Shown here: positions 18,165 through 32,338 of the stretch, piece after piece | Layout: the number at the start of each line of letters is the position of its first letter | Numbering within the stretch: the stretch's first letter is position 1 | Assembly (NCBI GenBank): GCA_964016885.1 | Contig: CAXHJY010001756.1 | Span: 1-64,000 of the forward strand | Direction of reading: 5' to 3' | DNA length: 64,000 nucleotides | Source: Eledone cirrhosa | Taxonomy: Eukaryota | Notes under the pieces: generated by a model | Seen by the model: the letters and a program-made list of their open reading frames with translations, nothing else | Databases searched by the model: none | Told to the model about the DNA's origin: nothing | Program-made: the position numbers and the translations under genes

Positions 18165-18252
18165 GTGTCCGAAGAACCTGCAGGTCTAGAATCAAACAGA
18201 TCCATACAATGATCATGTCTCGAGCTATCTGCCGGCGAAACAATTGTAACAC
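18165..18252 (+). ncRNA. Type I hammerhead motif, CCGAAGA core, about 60-nt stem II
   Basis: gugu-CCGAAGA-acc...ggc-GAAA-caauug-UA-acac; mirror copy at 15891-15980 (-). Confidence 0.7.
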
Positions 18253-18561
18253 CCAATATACTAAGTCCAGATGCATCACTGATTTTTTCCTTTTATATAT
18301 ATATATAGAGAGAGAGTTGTTATATAGTAAGGTGTATTATTGGTTGTGTCAAACGGTCCAATAAAATGTTTGTTAACCAAATTAAGTACTCCACGCTTTT
18401 GTATATCTCCAATTCCATTTATGGGAACAGCTAGATGATGTAAAACGGAGTATTTGTATCAAAATAAAGATACGAGAGCATCGTATAAATTTCCAATCAT
18501 TTTAATTTGGAAATTTATACCATGCCCTCGGATTTTTATTTTGATATATGTATATATATAT

Positions 18562-19104
18562 ATTGTTATACTTTGGGAGGGTCATGTTGCCAATAAGAAA
18601 CACACGCACCAGTTGCTTTCACTTCAATTTATTATAATAAATTTATAATAAATTTATAAATTTATAAATTTCTGGTTGGTTTGTTCCACAACCAGATAGT
18701 TGTTTATATATTGTCATAGTTCTTTCGTCACACACTCTATTGACCTCTTCAGTGACTGGGGATTCCTTTCTTTGTTTTTGTGCCTCTCCTTTGTTCTGTC
18801 CTACGCCATTTTGTTTCAAAATGGCGTAGCACAAAAACAAAGAAAGGAATCCCCAGTCACTGAAGAGGTCACAGAGTGTGTGACGAAAGAACTATGACAA
18901 TATATAAACAACTATCTGGTTGTGGAACCAACCAACCAGCCAGAAATTTATAAATTTATTATGAATTTATTATAATAAATTGAAGTGAAAGCAATGGTGT
19001 GTGTGTTTCTTATTGGCAACATGACCCTCCCAAAGTATAACAATATCGGTTTCAACACACGATTTCATATAAAGAATCTTGCTAAACAAATTCAGAAACG
19101 AAAT
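18562..19104. mobile_element. Head-to-head PLE pLTR pair, family A
   Basis: Inverted arms meet at hairpin 18801-18829; HHRs at 18713-18756 (-) and 18856-18898 (+). Confidence 0.85.
18856..18898 (+). ncRNA. Minimal type I hammerhead ribozyme, canonical core
   Basis: guca-CUGAAGA-g-gucaca/gagug/ugugac-GAAA-gaac-UA-ugac. Confidence 0.85.
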
Positions 19105-19166
19105 ATATATATATCGAATGTAGAAAAGTAACACATGAGTTGATATATACATATAAACATAAACAA

Positions 19167-19227
<61 letters not shown>

Positions 19228-19228
19228 T

Positions 19229-19277
<49 letters not shown>

Positions 19278-19294
19278 CGCGTGCGCGTATAGTA

Positions 19295-19482
19295 ATAATA
19301 ATAAATGTGAAGACTAAAATACAAAGAGGGTTCGATAAGGATAAATATATATCAAATATATAAGAACCATAGCGCAAATATTTATAAAAATAACAGATTA
19401 AATTTTAAGCCAAGATCGTTGCTTACACCCTTAACGGGATCTGCAGCGATTCTTTGCTTAAAATTGAATCTGTTATTTTAAT
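19295..19482. mobile_element. Short head-to-head fragment, family C
   Basis: aaaataacagatt...aatctgttatttt are inverted ends; homologous to 37015-37118, 44105-44140, 48120-48203 and 62945-63045. Confidence 0.65.
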
Positions 19483-19488
19483 AAATAA

Positions 19489-19541
<53 letters not shown>

Positions 19542-19554
19542 TATTTTTTTTAAG

Positions 19555-19727
19555 GAACGATCGACTTTCGTCAAATCGGACCGAGGAAACAATGTTTCCG
19601 TTGGTCTTTCCAATTGCTAATACTATCTATCGGTCGCAACTCCAGGTAGAAGGAGCAACGTGAAATACAGTGTCTTGCTCAAGGACACAACGCAACGCCT
19701 GCTCCAGGAATCGAACTCACAACCTTA

Positions 19728-19730
<3 letters not shown>
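19555..19730 (-). mobile_element. tRNA-derived SINE, second family (other copies about 21228-21480 +, 41625-41760 +, 43250-43390 +)
   Basis: B-box-like GAGTTCGATTCC followed by gttgcgttgtgtccttgagcaagacact. Confidence 0.65.
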
Positions 19731-19761
<31 letters not shown>

Positions 19762-20027
19762 TTATATATATATATATATAAGAAATGAGTTCTACTGGAT
19801 TAGAACATTTTCATTCTTAGATGATTTCTTCCGAATGAAACTGTTCTCATCCTGTAGAATTCATTCCTATAATAAAATAAATACGCCTATACTCTACTAA
19901 TGTATGGACGACGTTTTGTCACTGTAGGCACGTCACATATATGTGTTTGTGTGTATGTGTGCGTGTGTGTGCATTTATATTTGTGTGAGTGCGTAGAAGC
20001 CATATTATAAAAGTGTTTTTGATATAA

Positions 20028-20212
20028 TTGTTTCTACTTGAGGCACAAGGCCAGCAATTAGCCAGTGCAATACTGGTACTTTATTTTATCGACCCCGTAA
20101 GGATGAAAGGCAAAGTCAACCTCGGCGGGATTTGAACTCAGATCGTAAAGGGACGTAACTATGCTGGAAAGCATGGCGTTCGACCCTCTACCGGTACTGC
20201 CAATCCACCGCC
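20028..20212 (-). mobile_element. tRNA-derived SINE (cephalopod type)
   Basis: B box GAGTTCAAATCC plus body gccgaggttgactttgcctttcatccttacggggtcgataaaataaagtaccag; several copies in the window. Confidence 0.85.
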
Positions 20213-21132
20213 CTGTTTTTGATATAATAAAACGTTATATAATTTCACGAGATAACGATAAAATGAGCAAAATGAGTGTTTCTAACTAACGAAATAGTAT
20301 ATACTATTACATACGTTTTCTAAATATGCAGTTATATATCTCTCATTATATATTGTTACATATATATTCTTTGATGATACTGTTACATACATTGCTTATA
20401 TATGCTTTTAAATATACACCCACATTTATATGGTTACATGCGTATTTTCTGTTGATACTGTAACATACGTTCTCCATATATACTTCCACTATATATTGTT
20501 ACATATGTATTCTCTGATACATATATTCTCAATAAATTTACTTCCATATGTTTAAATACATCATATTACATATGTTTTTAACGCATTCTGATACATACAT
20601 GATGGCTGCCCCTTCGTTATCGAGTATGGCCATTGCACGATATAACATTATTAATAATAATCAATTAAACTATTGTGCAATGCTTGTTCGTGAAGATTTT
20701 TTTTAAAGTAAGGACACACTGTGAACTGAACCAATCCCACTCTCTGAGCGACAGTAGCTATAACCCGAAAAGAAGAACAGATCAACATCATCGGTAATTA
20801 CTGAGCCGCAGGTTTTATTTCGGAGTAATCCTAGTTTCGTGAGTTGCCTTCTCCTAGAAGAATGCCCTGACAAAGGTTATGGGTCCTTCATTCCAGTGGT
20901 TTAACCACGCGATCAGGTATCCAGCCCGATTATTTCTATATCCCCGCGCATACATACACATATGTATATACATGTCTATACATATATACATATACACATA
21001 TATACATATGTATATATACATATGTATATACATATTTACACATTTTTGGATGGCCATTGACTCTAATGTTTTCTTCCGCACTTTGTCAGGTTTTGTATTT
21101 TGTCCTGCAGGGTGTCCAAAATCATAAACATG

Positions 21133-21187
<55 letters not shown>

Positions 21188-21972
21188 TCCTACTGTTGAT
21201 ATGTGTTGAAAGCGTATGAATTGTTGGTTAGGGTATTCGGCTCACAAATGTAAGGCCGTGAATTCGATTCACGTTGCTCCATTCCACTCAGCGGCAAATT
21301 GAGTTATACCTGTAATTCGAAGAGCCAGCCTTGTGCCGTTCGTTGTCACGCAGAAACTGCCTGAGAACTACGTTAAGGGTACATGTTTCTGTGGAATGCT
21401 CAGTCATTTTCAGGTTAATTTCAGTCTGTTCCGTTGATTATATCAACTGGATCATTTGTCGTCATAATCGACGGAGTGCCATCACTGTTGATGGACTGCT
21501 TATTATTGCAACCATTCTCTAAATATTTGCTTCCATACTTGAGCCAAAACAGTCATAGAAAATCCTAGAAAATACCCCCCCCCCCCCCCCGATTTGAATT
21601 AATCATCTCATTATGCGTGTCAATATTTGGTTACAGTAGCGATAATATGTTCTAAATTTCGATGACTTATAATGATGGGAAGGTCTATGGTATTATACAT
21701 TAATTTTGTGACATATTAAAGTAATTTCCTTCTCGTTATTGTATATATACCGCATTATTTTTTACCGGTTGATTGGTATAGCCCGAAAGAATTAGAATGC
21801 AAGAAGTAAATAAATGAGATGTATATAATAACTGTATATATGTATCATATCTTTATATCAACTGCTTAATAATAATAGTTATACGTAAACATATCCATAC
21901 ACTCATGAGGAGTGTATATAAACAGCTGCACATACACTAATATTGATATAAACGCACATACACCCACTCATC

Positions 21973-22047
<75 letters not shown>

Positions 22048-22092
22048 CTACTCACATTCATACTACATACGTAAATGCATACATACACACAT

Positions 22093-22123
<31 letters not shown>

Positions 22124-22140
22124 GGAAAAAGTATGACCAC

Positions 22141-22240
22141 GACGGCAGAGCTCAAGCCGTTTCGACGGCTATTTCTGTACTCTATTTGAGTACTCTGGTG
22201 CGTTATGGTCCATCTGGTTCCTTACTACATTTTACTTTGT

Positions 22241-22242
<2 letters not shown>
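22141..22242. mobile_element. PLE-type 3' end, family D (also ~40-120, 29646-29772, 43062-43203)
   Basis: Shared gagtactc/tggtgcgttatg...tggttccttac; an inverted half-HHR at 22141-22171. Confidence 0.6.
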
Positions 22243-22271
<29 letters not shown>

Positions 22272-23239
22272 GCATATACATCCACATGTACACTCCAAGA
22301 AAAACACAACGGAAATGCATCTCCTTCGACATTAACAATCGATTCTGCAAGTAAAATTATCAGTGTGTGAGTGTGGCACCGTTCTCACCCTCTGAGTCAC
22401 AAGGGGAGTTACAGAGGAAAAATATAGGAAGGAAGGCCTGGCTCAAATGTTTCCAGCTGAGAGGACTCTGTTAAAAATACTGTCTATGTTGTGGTGTTAA
22501 ACCTGGCAACGGAACAATCTATCCCTGGAACATGACTCGGCAGGATTTGAACGCTGAATGCAAATAAACGAAACATATTTCAAAGTTAAGCTGAAAACAC
22601 AATTGTGGGTGTTCATTTTTTTCAGTGAGCATAAAACGAAGATACATTATAGTATTACACTAAAAGAGTTTTAAATGAAGTTCACCAAGTCATTCTGCTT
22701 TCCTGAAAACCTGTTTTGCACGATAATGATCGTCATGCAAGCAGTGTTTATAAAGCAACAAACGGGATTCGCTCCTTTGTTAAATCGACTTTACATCATT
22801 ATTATTTATTATGTTAGGCTATTACCTCGTCAAAACAGTAAACTACAGTCGACTGCGTCGATAATATGTTGGCATATACTGCCAGCGTAACAATTTGCTA
22901 TTGGTCATTGTTGTGAAGAAAGATGTTTTTAAGCGGGTACAGTGCTGTATGACCTGTCCATAGATTGCAGTCAATATCCTACAGGAATTTGACAAATAAA
23001 TCAATTCTATTCATAGCAGGGTAAAATAGAGAAGACCTGCAAAATCTGACGATACTAGCATTCTTCCGCTTCTGTATTTCAAATTATGAAATAAATCCTC
23101 GGACATAAAACGCGAGTAAGACAGAAAAGGAACAGAAATTAATCAGATAGCCAAACCATTGACCGGGAAAGGTAATTTATCAATGTCGAATGAACGAAAG
23201 GTAAAGGTTACCGCGGTGAGATTAACGGGATTTAAACTC

Positions 23240-23700
23240 ACAGGGTAGTTGATTGTTCATCGTGTACCTGTTCCTTCTTTTGCAACAGCTCGGCCATAAG
23301 GTGTTACCCACAACAAGGCAAATTCTATGTCAACAACCATATTCATTTCCATGGATATCAAATAATGTAATACCACATACACCATGTTCCATGTTCTTTA
23401 AACCCCATATATCATATATTGCATTTGTCCATTGCCTCTGCAACATAGACACAATCATATCTTATACCAAATCGAAATTCCATGTTATCGATCACATTCA
23501 TTGATATCTCCACACATCTTATACGATAGGACACAAATTGGAACAAATACAGAAGGCATTTCATATGACAGCCTCATAACTTCACAAATTTTTCTTTTCC
23601 ACCAAAAGTCAGTGTCTCACTATTCCTCCCCATCACTGCTATGTACCGTTTGTCACTTCATCACTCCATCAGTAACAACACTTTTATAACTTGCCACGTC
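23240..23700 (-). mobile_element. Highly degenerate LINE (RTE-like) 3' fragment
   Basis: Minus-strand remnants such as HGVCGITLFDIHGNE resemble the RLRWYGHV.RM region; many stops. Confidence 0.3.
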
Positions 23701-24165
23701 TGATACAATTTCCCGTCACCAAAAATATCAACTTTCAGAAATCCCGTATGTTGTATAATACTGACTTTGGGGGCCTCCTAAATATTTCGATTCTTTATAT
23801 CGTATTTGATCCTATATCTGCAACAGCAAACTAATAACCAATCTCATATATTTTCTATCAGATATAGACTGTTTGGGAAAGGCTTATATTAAATAGATAC
23901 TTCATTAAATATCTGCCGTATTTGGCAATTGAAATAATATATTTTATATTCAGAATATGTATACTCTGTGAAAGAATAAAGAACGAAATGTATATTGAAC
24001 GGATTTAATGCAATCATTATACTGATGCAGTTTCAGTAAAAAGGATAAATCAATGCTTTTCAAATATATTGATTAACTAAGAAAATTACTAATGCTTACA
24101 TATATAGAAAATATTGCCGTAAAACTGCTAATGTAACTGTAGGCATGAAGCTTGCAAACACACAT

Positions 24166-27243
<3,078 letters not shown>

Positions 27244-27360
27244 CACGTTTGCATATGTATAATAAAGCCAAAACAATGCAGGTATGGACATAGAATAAAG
27301 AATGCAAATGCAAAAGATATTGTTGACAATTAGTCTTTTACCTTAGATTTACTTAAATGT

Positions 27361-27395
27361 CCTTAATTTTCGAGATAATATCTCTTCTTCGGAGG
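27361..27395 (-). ncRNA. Minimal hammerhead motif, CCGAAGA core, in a PLE-type 3' end (about 27245-27430)
   Basis: ccu-CCGAAGA-a-gagau/auu/aucuc-GAAA-au-UA-agg. Confidence 0.55.
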
Positions 27396-27559
27396 GAAGT
27401 AAAGCTGTTAAACTAGTGTTCTAAATAGCTTGCCAAGTCATGCTGACAGGAAATGGTATAGAGTATCTGTTCTATCTCAAATGTCACGATCTCCACTATC
27501 ATCCACTACTACACTGGGCCAGGAAGAATAGAAATTGATATCAGCAATGATGCATTGTG

Positions 27560-28060
27560 TCATAACCACATCACCAAATTTAAGTACTATGCTGACTGGC
27601 TCGTTGAATTCGGGGAATCTTCAGAAGAGATAGGGAAACCATATACGGCCCCTGTACGATATTTATCTCAGCCGACTGGATTAATCGTTAGACAGTTTCA
27701 TAATTGCAGAACTTGAAGTAATTTAAGGAAGCGACACAGAGATTTCCCCAAGGAAGAAGTTGAGCTACTGGGAGGGTTTGAAAAACATAAGCTCTGCACT
27801 TTGGAACGAAGACGGGAGAGATACGAACTCATATGAAACACATCTTGATTAGGCAGCAGATACTGCAATAGCATAGGATTCGAAGACCCCGGAAGTTTAA
27901 TATGGTGCCCCCAAAATTATTATGTGAATGTATTTGCTTGCAAAAACAAACCTCTAACCTAAATGCTAGAAGAATCCACAGCAAGAAACGATTTACAAAC
28001 AAGGTAAGAAACGACAAACTTCCTCCTCCATCAAGGGCCATCAAACGAAATGCTGGCTAT
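27560..28060 (+). mobile_element. Degenerate CR1/L2-like LINE 3' region
   Basis: KHKLCTLERRRERYEL matches the L.SLERRRERY motif; same type as 63716-64000. Confidence 0.5.
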
Positions 28061-28189
28061 AAAATATTTAGCGTCAATCATGGTGCCCCAGACTGGTCTC
28101 AGCCAGTTGTTTGTAACATGTAAAAGGCTAAAAGAGAGATACAATGTATGTATGTATATATATATATATATGTATATATAAGCAAAGAG

Positions 28190-28584
28190 ATATTTAATTT
28201 GCTGGTAATTCAACAAATGTATTTATCACAGATTCGAAGCACTTGACTAGTTGCCTGGAGTATAGTATCAATGATATTAATAAATGGAAACTATATTTAT
28301 AAAACCATATTTATTTAATTATATATAGTTCAAGGGTACCAACAAACGTTGGTACGCGCGAAACCAGACCTTATCGCTTCAGGTTCCGTTTGGACTATCC
28401 AAACGGAACTGATAAGGTCTGGTTTCTCGGGTATGTCACTATTTATTAAACAAATTGTGTATTTTATATGATGAGAGCGTACCAAAGTTTGTTGGTACCC
28501 TTGAAATATATATATTAAATAAATATGGTTTTATAAAAATAGTTTCCATTTATTAATATCATTGATTTATTAATATCATTGATA
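28190..28584. mobile_element. Non-autonomous fold-back element related to the 37159-40366 pLTR
   Basis: Arms 28266-28357 and 28477-28566 share aataaatggaaactatatttataaaaccatatttattt with 37255-37295. There is an internal hairpin at 28360-28426 and a degenerate HHR at about 28462-28520. Confidence 0.75.
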
Positions 28585-28587
28585 TAT

Positions 28588-28620
<33 letters not shown>

Positions 28621-28725
28621 CATATTTGTGTGTGTGTAGGTGCATGAGTACATATGTATAAGTATATATGTATATGTATATGTGTGTGTGTGTGTGTGTG
28701 TATGTGTGTGTGTATGTGTGTGTGT

Positions 28726-28762
<37 letters not shown>

Positions 28763-29016
28763 TGTGTGTGTATTCGCATATATACGTATGCAAACCCAAA
28801 TGTAAGTATTCATTTGATGTCCTGAAATATCAAATATAATAAAGTAAAAAACACAGGTCTTGCAAATAGCGTTAATGCATTAATATAAATCAACTGGCAG
28901 AAACATTGGCAAATTGCCTGCTGCTTCTGTAGGTCACTTTAACCACTCAAACGAGAGAGTGAACCAGAGAGAGCGGGGGAGAGAGCGAGAGCGAGAGAGT
29001 GAGAGAGCGAGAGAGC

Positions 29017-29090
<74 letters not shown>

Positions 29091-29333
29091 CTTTCATATA
29101 GATTTAGTTTGATACTATTTTTATTATTTTCCTTTGGACCGCATTTTCTTTTCTTTCTTGCGACAGAAAACAAGTTGGTAAGTAGATAATAATTGGAAAT
29201 ATTTAAATCAAGATTGTTTTAGCCTACTAACAACGACAGCGAGCTATTTATTTCGTTCAATCTCCTCTTGCTGAAGGTTATGAAAGACAACTAAAGCTTG
29301 AATAACGAATAAAACCTGGACGATGTATATATA

Positions 29334-29497
29334 ATTGTTTCTACGTTTGGCACAATGTCAGCAAATATCTCAGTGTATTACTGGTACTTTATTTTATCGT
29401 CCCCGTAAGGCGGGATTTGAACTCAATCCGTAAAGGGACGTAACTGTGCTGCAAAGCATGGCGTCCGACCCTCTACCGATACTGCCAATCCACCGCC
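29334..29497 (-). mobile_element. tRNA-derived SINE with internal deletion
   Basis: Same family as 20028-20212. Confidence 0.8.
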
Positions 29498-29772
29498 GTT
29501 TGATATTAGATGGACTGTCAGGTTATGGGGCGAGAGAATGCTTGTTTCCAATTCAATGCTCATTCGATTCGTTTGGGCATTTCATTTCTGTGGCTGGATA
29601 TTGATTTTCTGCTTCTGCTCAATCCATATAATCTGGACTCAGAATTAGCCGTCGAAACGGCTTGAGCTCAGCCGTCGAGATCCTACTCGTGCCTATTACC
29701 CACTCTACTACCCTAAGTATTGAGTACTTTGGTGCGTTATGCTCCACCTGGTTCCTTACCACATTTCCTTCG

Positions 29773-29868
<96 letters not shown>

Positions 29869-29887
29869 TATATATATATATATATAC

Positions 29888-30967
29888 ATTTCGTTTCTGA
29901 ATTTGTTTAGCAAGATTCTTTATCTGAAAACGTGTGTTGAAACCGATATTGTTATACTTTGGGAGGGTCATGTTGCCAATAAGAAACACACGCACCAGTT
30001 GTTTCACTTCAATTTATTATAATAAATTTATAAATTTAGGAATTTATAAATTTCCGGTTGGTTGGTTCCACAACCAGATGGTTGTTTATATATTGTCAAA
30101 GTTCTTTCGTCACACATTCTGTGACCTCTTAAGTGACTGGGGATTCTTTTCTTTGTTTTTTGGGCCTCTCCTTTGTTCTGTCCTACGCCATCTTGTTTTT
30201 GTGTGTGTGTTGTTTGCTTAGTTTGCGCATGTGTTACATCCGGGTGTCTGTATGTGTTTATATTCGTTTATTTATGTGTTTATTTACATGTTACTGGTTG
30301 GTTGTTTGTTCTATGTGCGTGTGTGTTTTCATTTTGTCCTTAATTGTAAGTTGTGATGTTGCTGTTCCACCCCTGTTTTCTATTTAATTTTGGTTGTAAT
30401 TCATTTATGTTTATTGCCTCTGTGATGTGTCTAAACATTGCGACTTTTCTGTGTGTAGATTCTATTTTTATTTCTATGTTCTCTATTTTACCCTTATGTT
30501 CTATTTTAGCATGTTGGTAGAGTACAGATGATTCTTTACTATCTTGAAGGTCTCGCAGTGTTCATTTATCCGTTCCCCTATAGTACGAGCTGTCTCACCT
30601 ATGTACACTATATTTTTATCTCTACATTGTCCTTCGGTACATCTTATGCTATATACTACATTTCTAGTTTTACAGTTAATATGGGGGCTTAGTTTACAGA
30701 TTATACATTTCTTATCTATACAGGGAGGTCTTTGAAAAGGGTATGTATTGCTAATAAGTGTTTTTATGGAGGTACCTGGTCTTCTACTATCTAAATATTG
30801 AGTTTATGTTTATCATATGATAAACATAAACTCAATATTAAACCATCTGGTTGTGGAACCAACCAACCAACCGGAAATTTATAAATTTATTATAATAAAT
30901 TGAAGTGAAAGCAACTGGTGCGTGTGTTTCTTATTGGCAACATGACCGTCCCAAAGTATAACAATAT
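29888..30967 (-). mobile_element. Family A PLE: 5'-truncated copy with GIY-YIG plus a short inverted pLTR (30841-30967)
   Basis: The pLTR matches 10668 and 18562; the HHR at 30095-30137 has a mutated core (CUUAAGA); coding remnant upstream. Confidence 0.85.
30340..30790 (-). pseudogene. Neptune-like PLE GIY-YIG endonuclease domain (frameshifted)
   Basis: Manual translation: RPGTSIKTLISNTYPFQRPPCIDKKCIICKLSPHINCKTRNVVYSIRCTEGQCRDKNIVYIGETARTIGERINEH/LRDLQDSKESSVLYQHAKIEH...EAININELQPKLNRKQGWNSNITTYN*. Confidence 0.85.
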
Positions 30968-32338
30968 ATATATACAGATATATATACATATATACATATA
31001 TATATATATAGATATATATAGATATATATATATATATAGATATAAAATAAAGTTAAATAAAAGTCAAATGATTAAAATTTAGCTTCGTTTATTACTGCTA
31101 TATATATTTCAGTGACAGCCATCTTTGGTTGTGACCTCTTCAGGCAGTTTGAATTAGTATGGTATAGACAAGTACATATGTTGTTTAGGTGTATGATATT
31201 GTCAATACTCTGATATGCCCAGTTCCTTGTTGGGTTGTTAATTCACTGGGGAACTGGAGTCATATGAATTCAAACAAACGAATTTTCGTGTCACAGGTCC
31301 CCTTCTCCTCTCATTGGTCAGTTATTAGTGTTGTCATTGTTGGAGTTAGCTTAAAAATTGATAAAATGGTAGAAGGGACAAGGTGTTGAAGGAACAAAAT
31401 ATCAAAAAATGTGTCAAACTTCCCATTGTTCAGTTCTGAGAGCATTCCTCAGTCAGAAGTCTATAGAATTATTTCTGGGGTGAGGCTCCCTGTAGTGTTT
31501 ATGCCTGCTATTGTTCAGTACATTTGACCTCGACCATTATTTTGGTACTGTTGTTGTTGTAGTGGTCAGCTTATATATTGCTGCTGCTAACAGTTTAGAA
31601 GTATTCAGTTTGTGTTTTCTCTCATCCCACCCGCCACCATCGTAGTGGTGGTGGCGGGGGGGGGGGGTTATTTCATGTATATGAAGAAATATAAGGCAAT
31701 AAATGAAGAAAACAGAAGATAAATAAATAATATAATAAAATAAAATAATTAATATAATTTGTGTAATTTGAAAATAAATAAATAAATAGAGAATAAAGAA
31801 TAAAGAGTAAATGAGAGATTGGTGAAAAAGTAATGATAATGTATATGGAGAAGTGAGAAATAATGTAGGATAAAGTGTGTGTGTGTGTGTGCTATAACCA
31901 ATCTCAAGGTCAGAATATGTTGGATAGATTGGTATGATACAAGATGTTAAGATGAGATATTCAATGTGATTGTGTTATAATCTATCTCAACTTAAAATAA
32001 ATATAAATATAAGGTTATACAGTGAAGAGGGCAGAAACAAATAACAAATTAATAAAGAGAAATCAAGATTTAAGATTGGAACTTTAAAGTCAGAAATCTG
32101 GTAAATTAAAAGTGTTTGTGTTATAGATGTTGGCCAGATTATTATGGCTGTGTCCGATTCTGTCTCTAGGCTATCATGGTGTCTGCTCCGCCTGGGTTGT
32201 TCCCTATGGCTTGAGGGGAGTTCACAACCTAGGGTGTTGTAATTGTCCATATAGCTTGAGGGAGGTCTGGCCGAGAGGTGTTTTCATGTTCTGTAGAAGT
32301 CCCTATAGCTTGAGGGGAGTTCACATCTTCTTGTGTTG

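Larger units (their letters stand above)
15768..18292. mobile_element. Head-to-head PLE pLTR pair (arms ~15858-16235 and ~17950-18290) enclosing a tandem repeat
   Basis: The inverted arms are moderately diverged. HHRs at 15891-15980 (-) and 18165-18252 (+). Tail 15768-15857 is on the left only. Confidence 0.75.
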
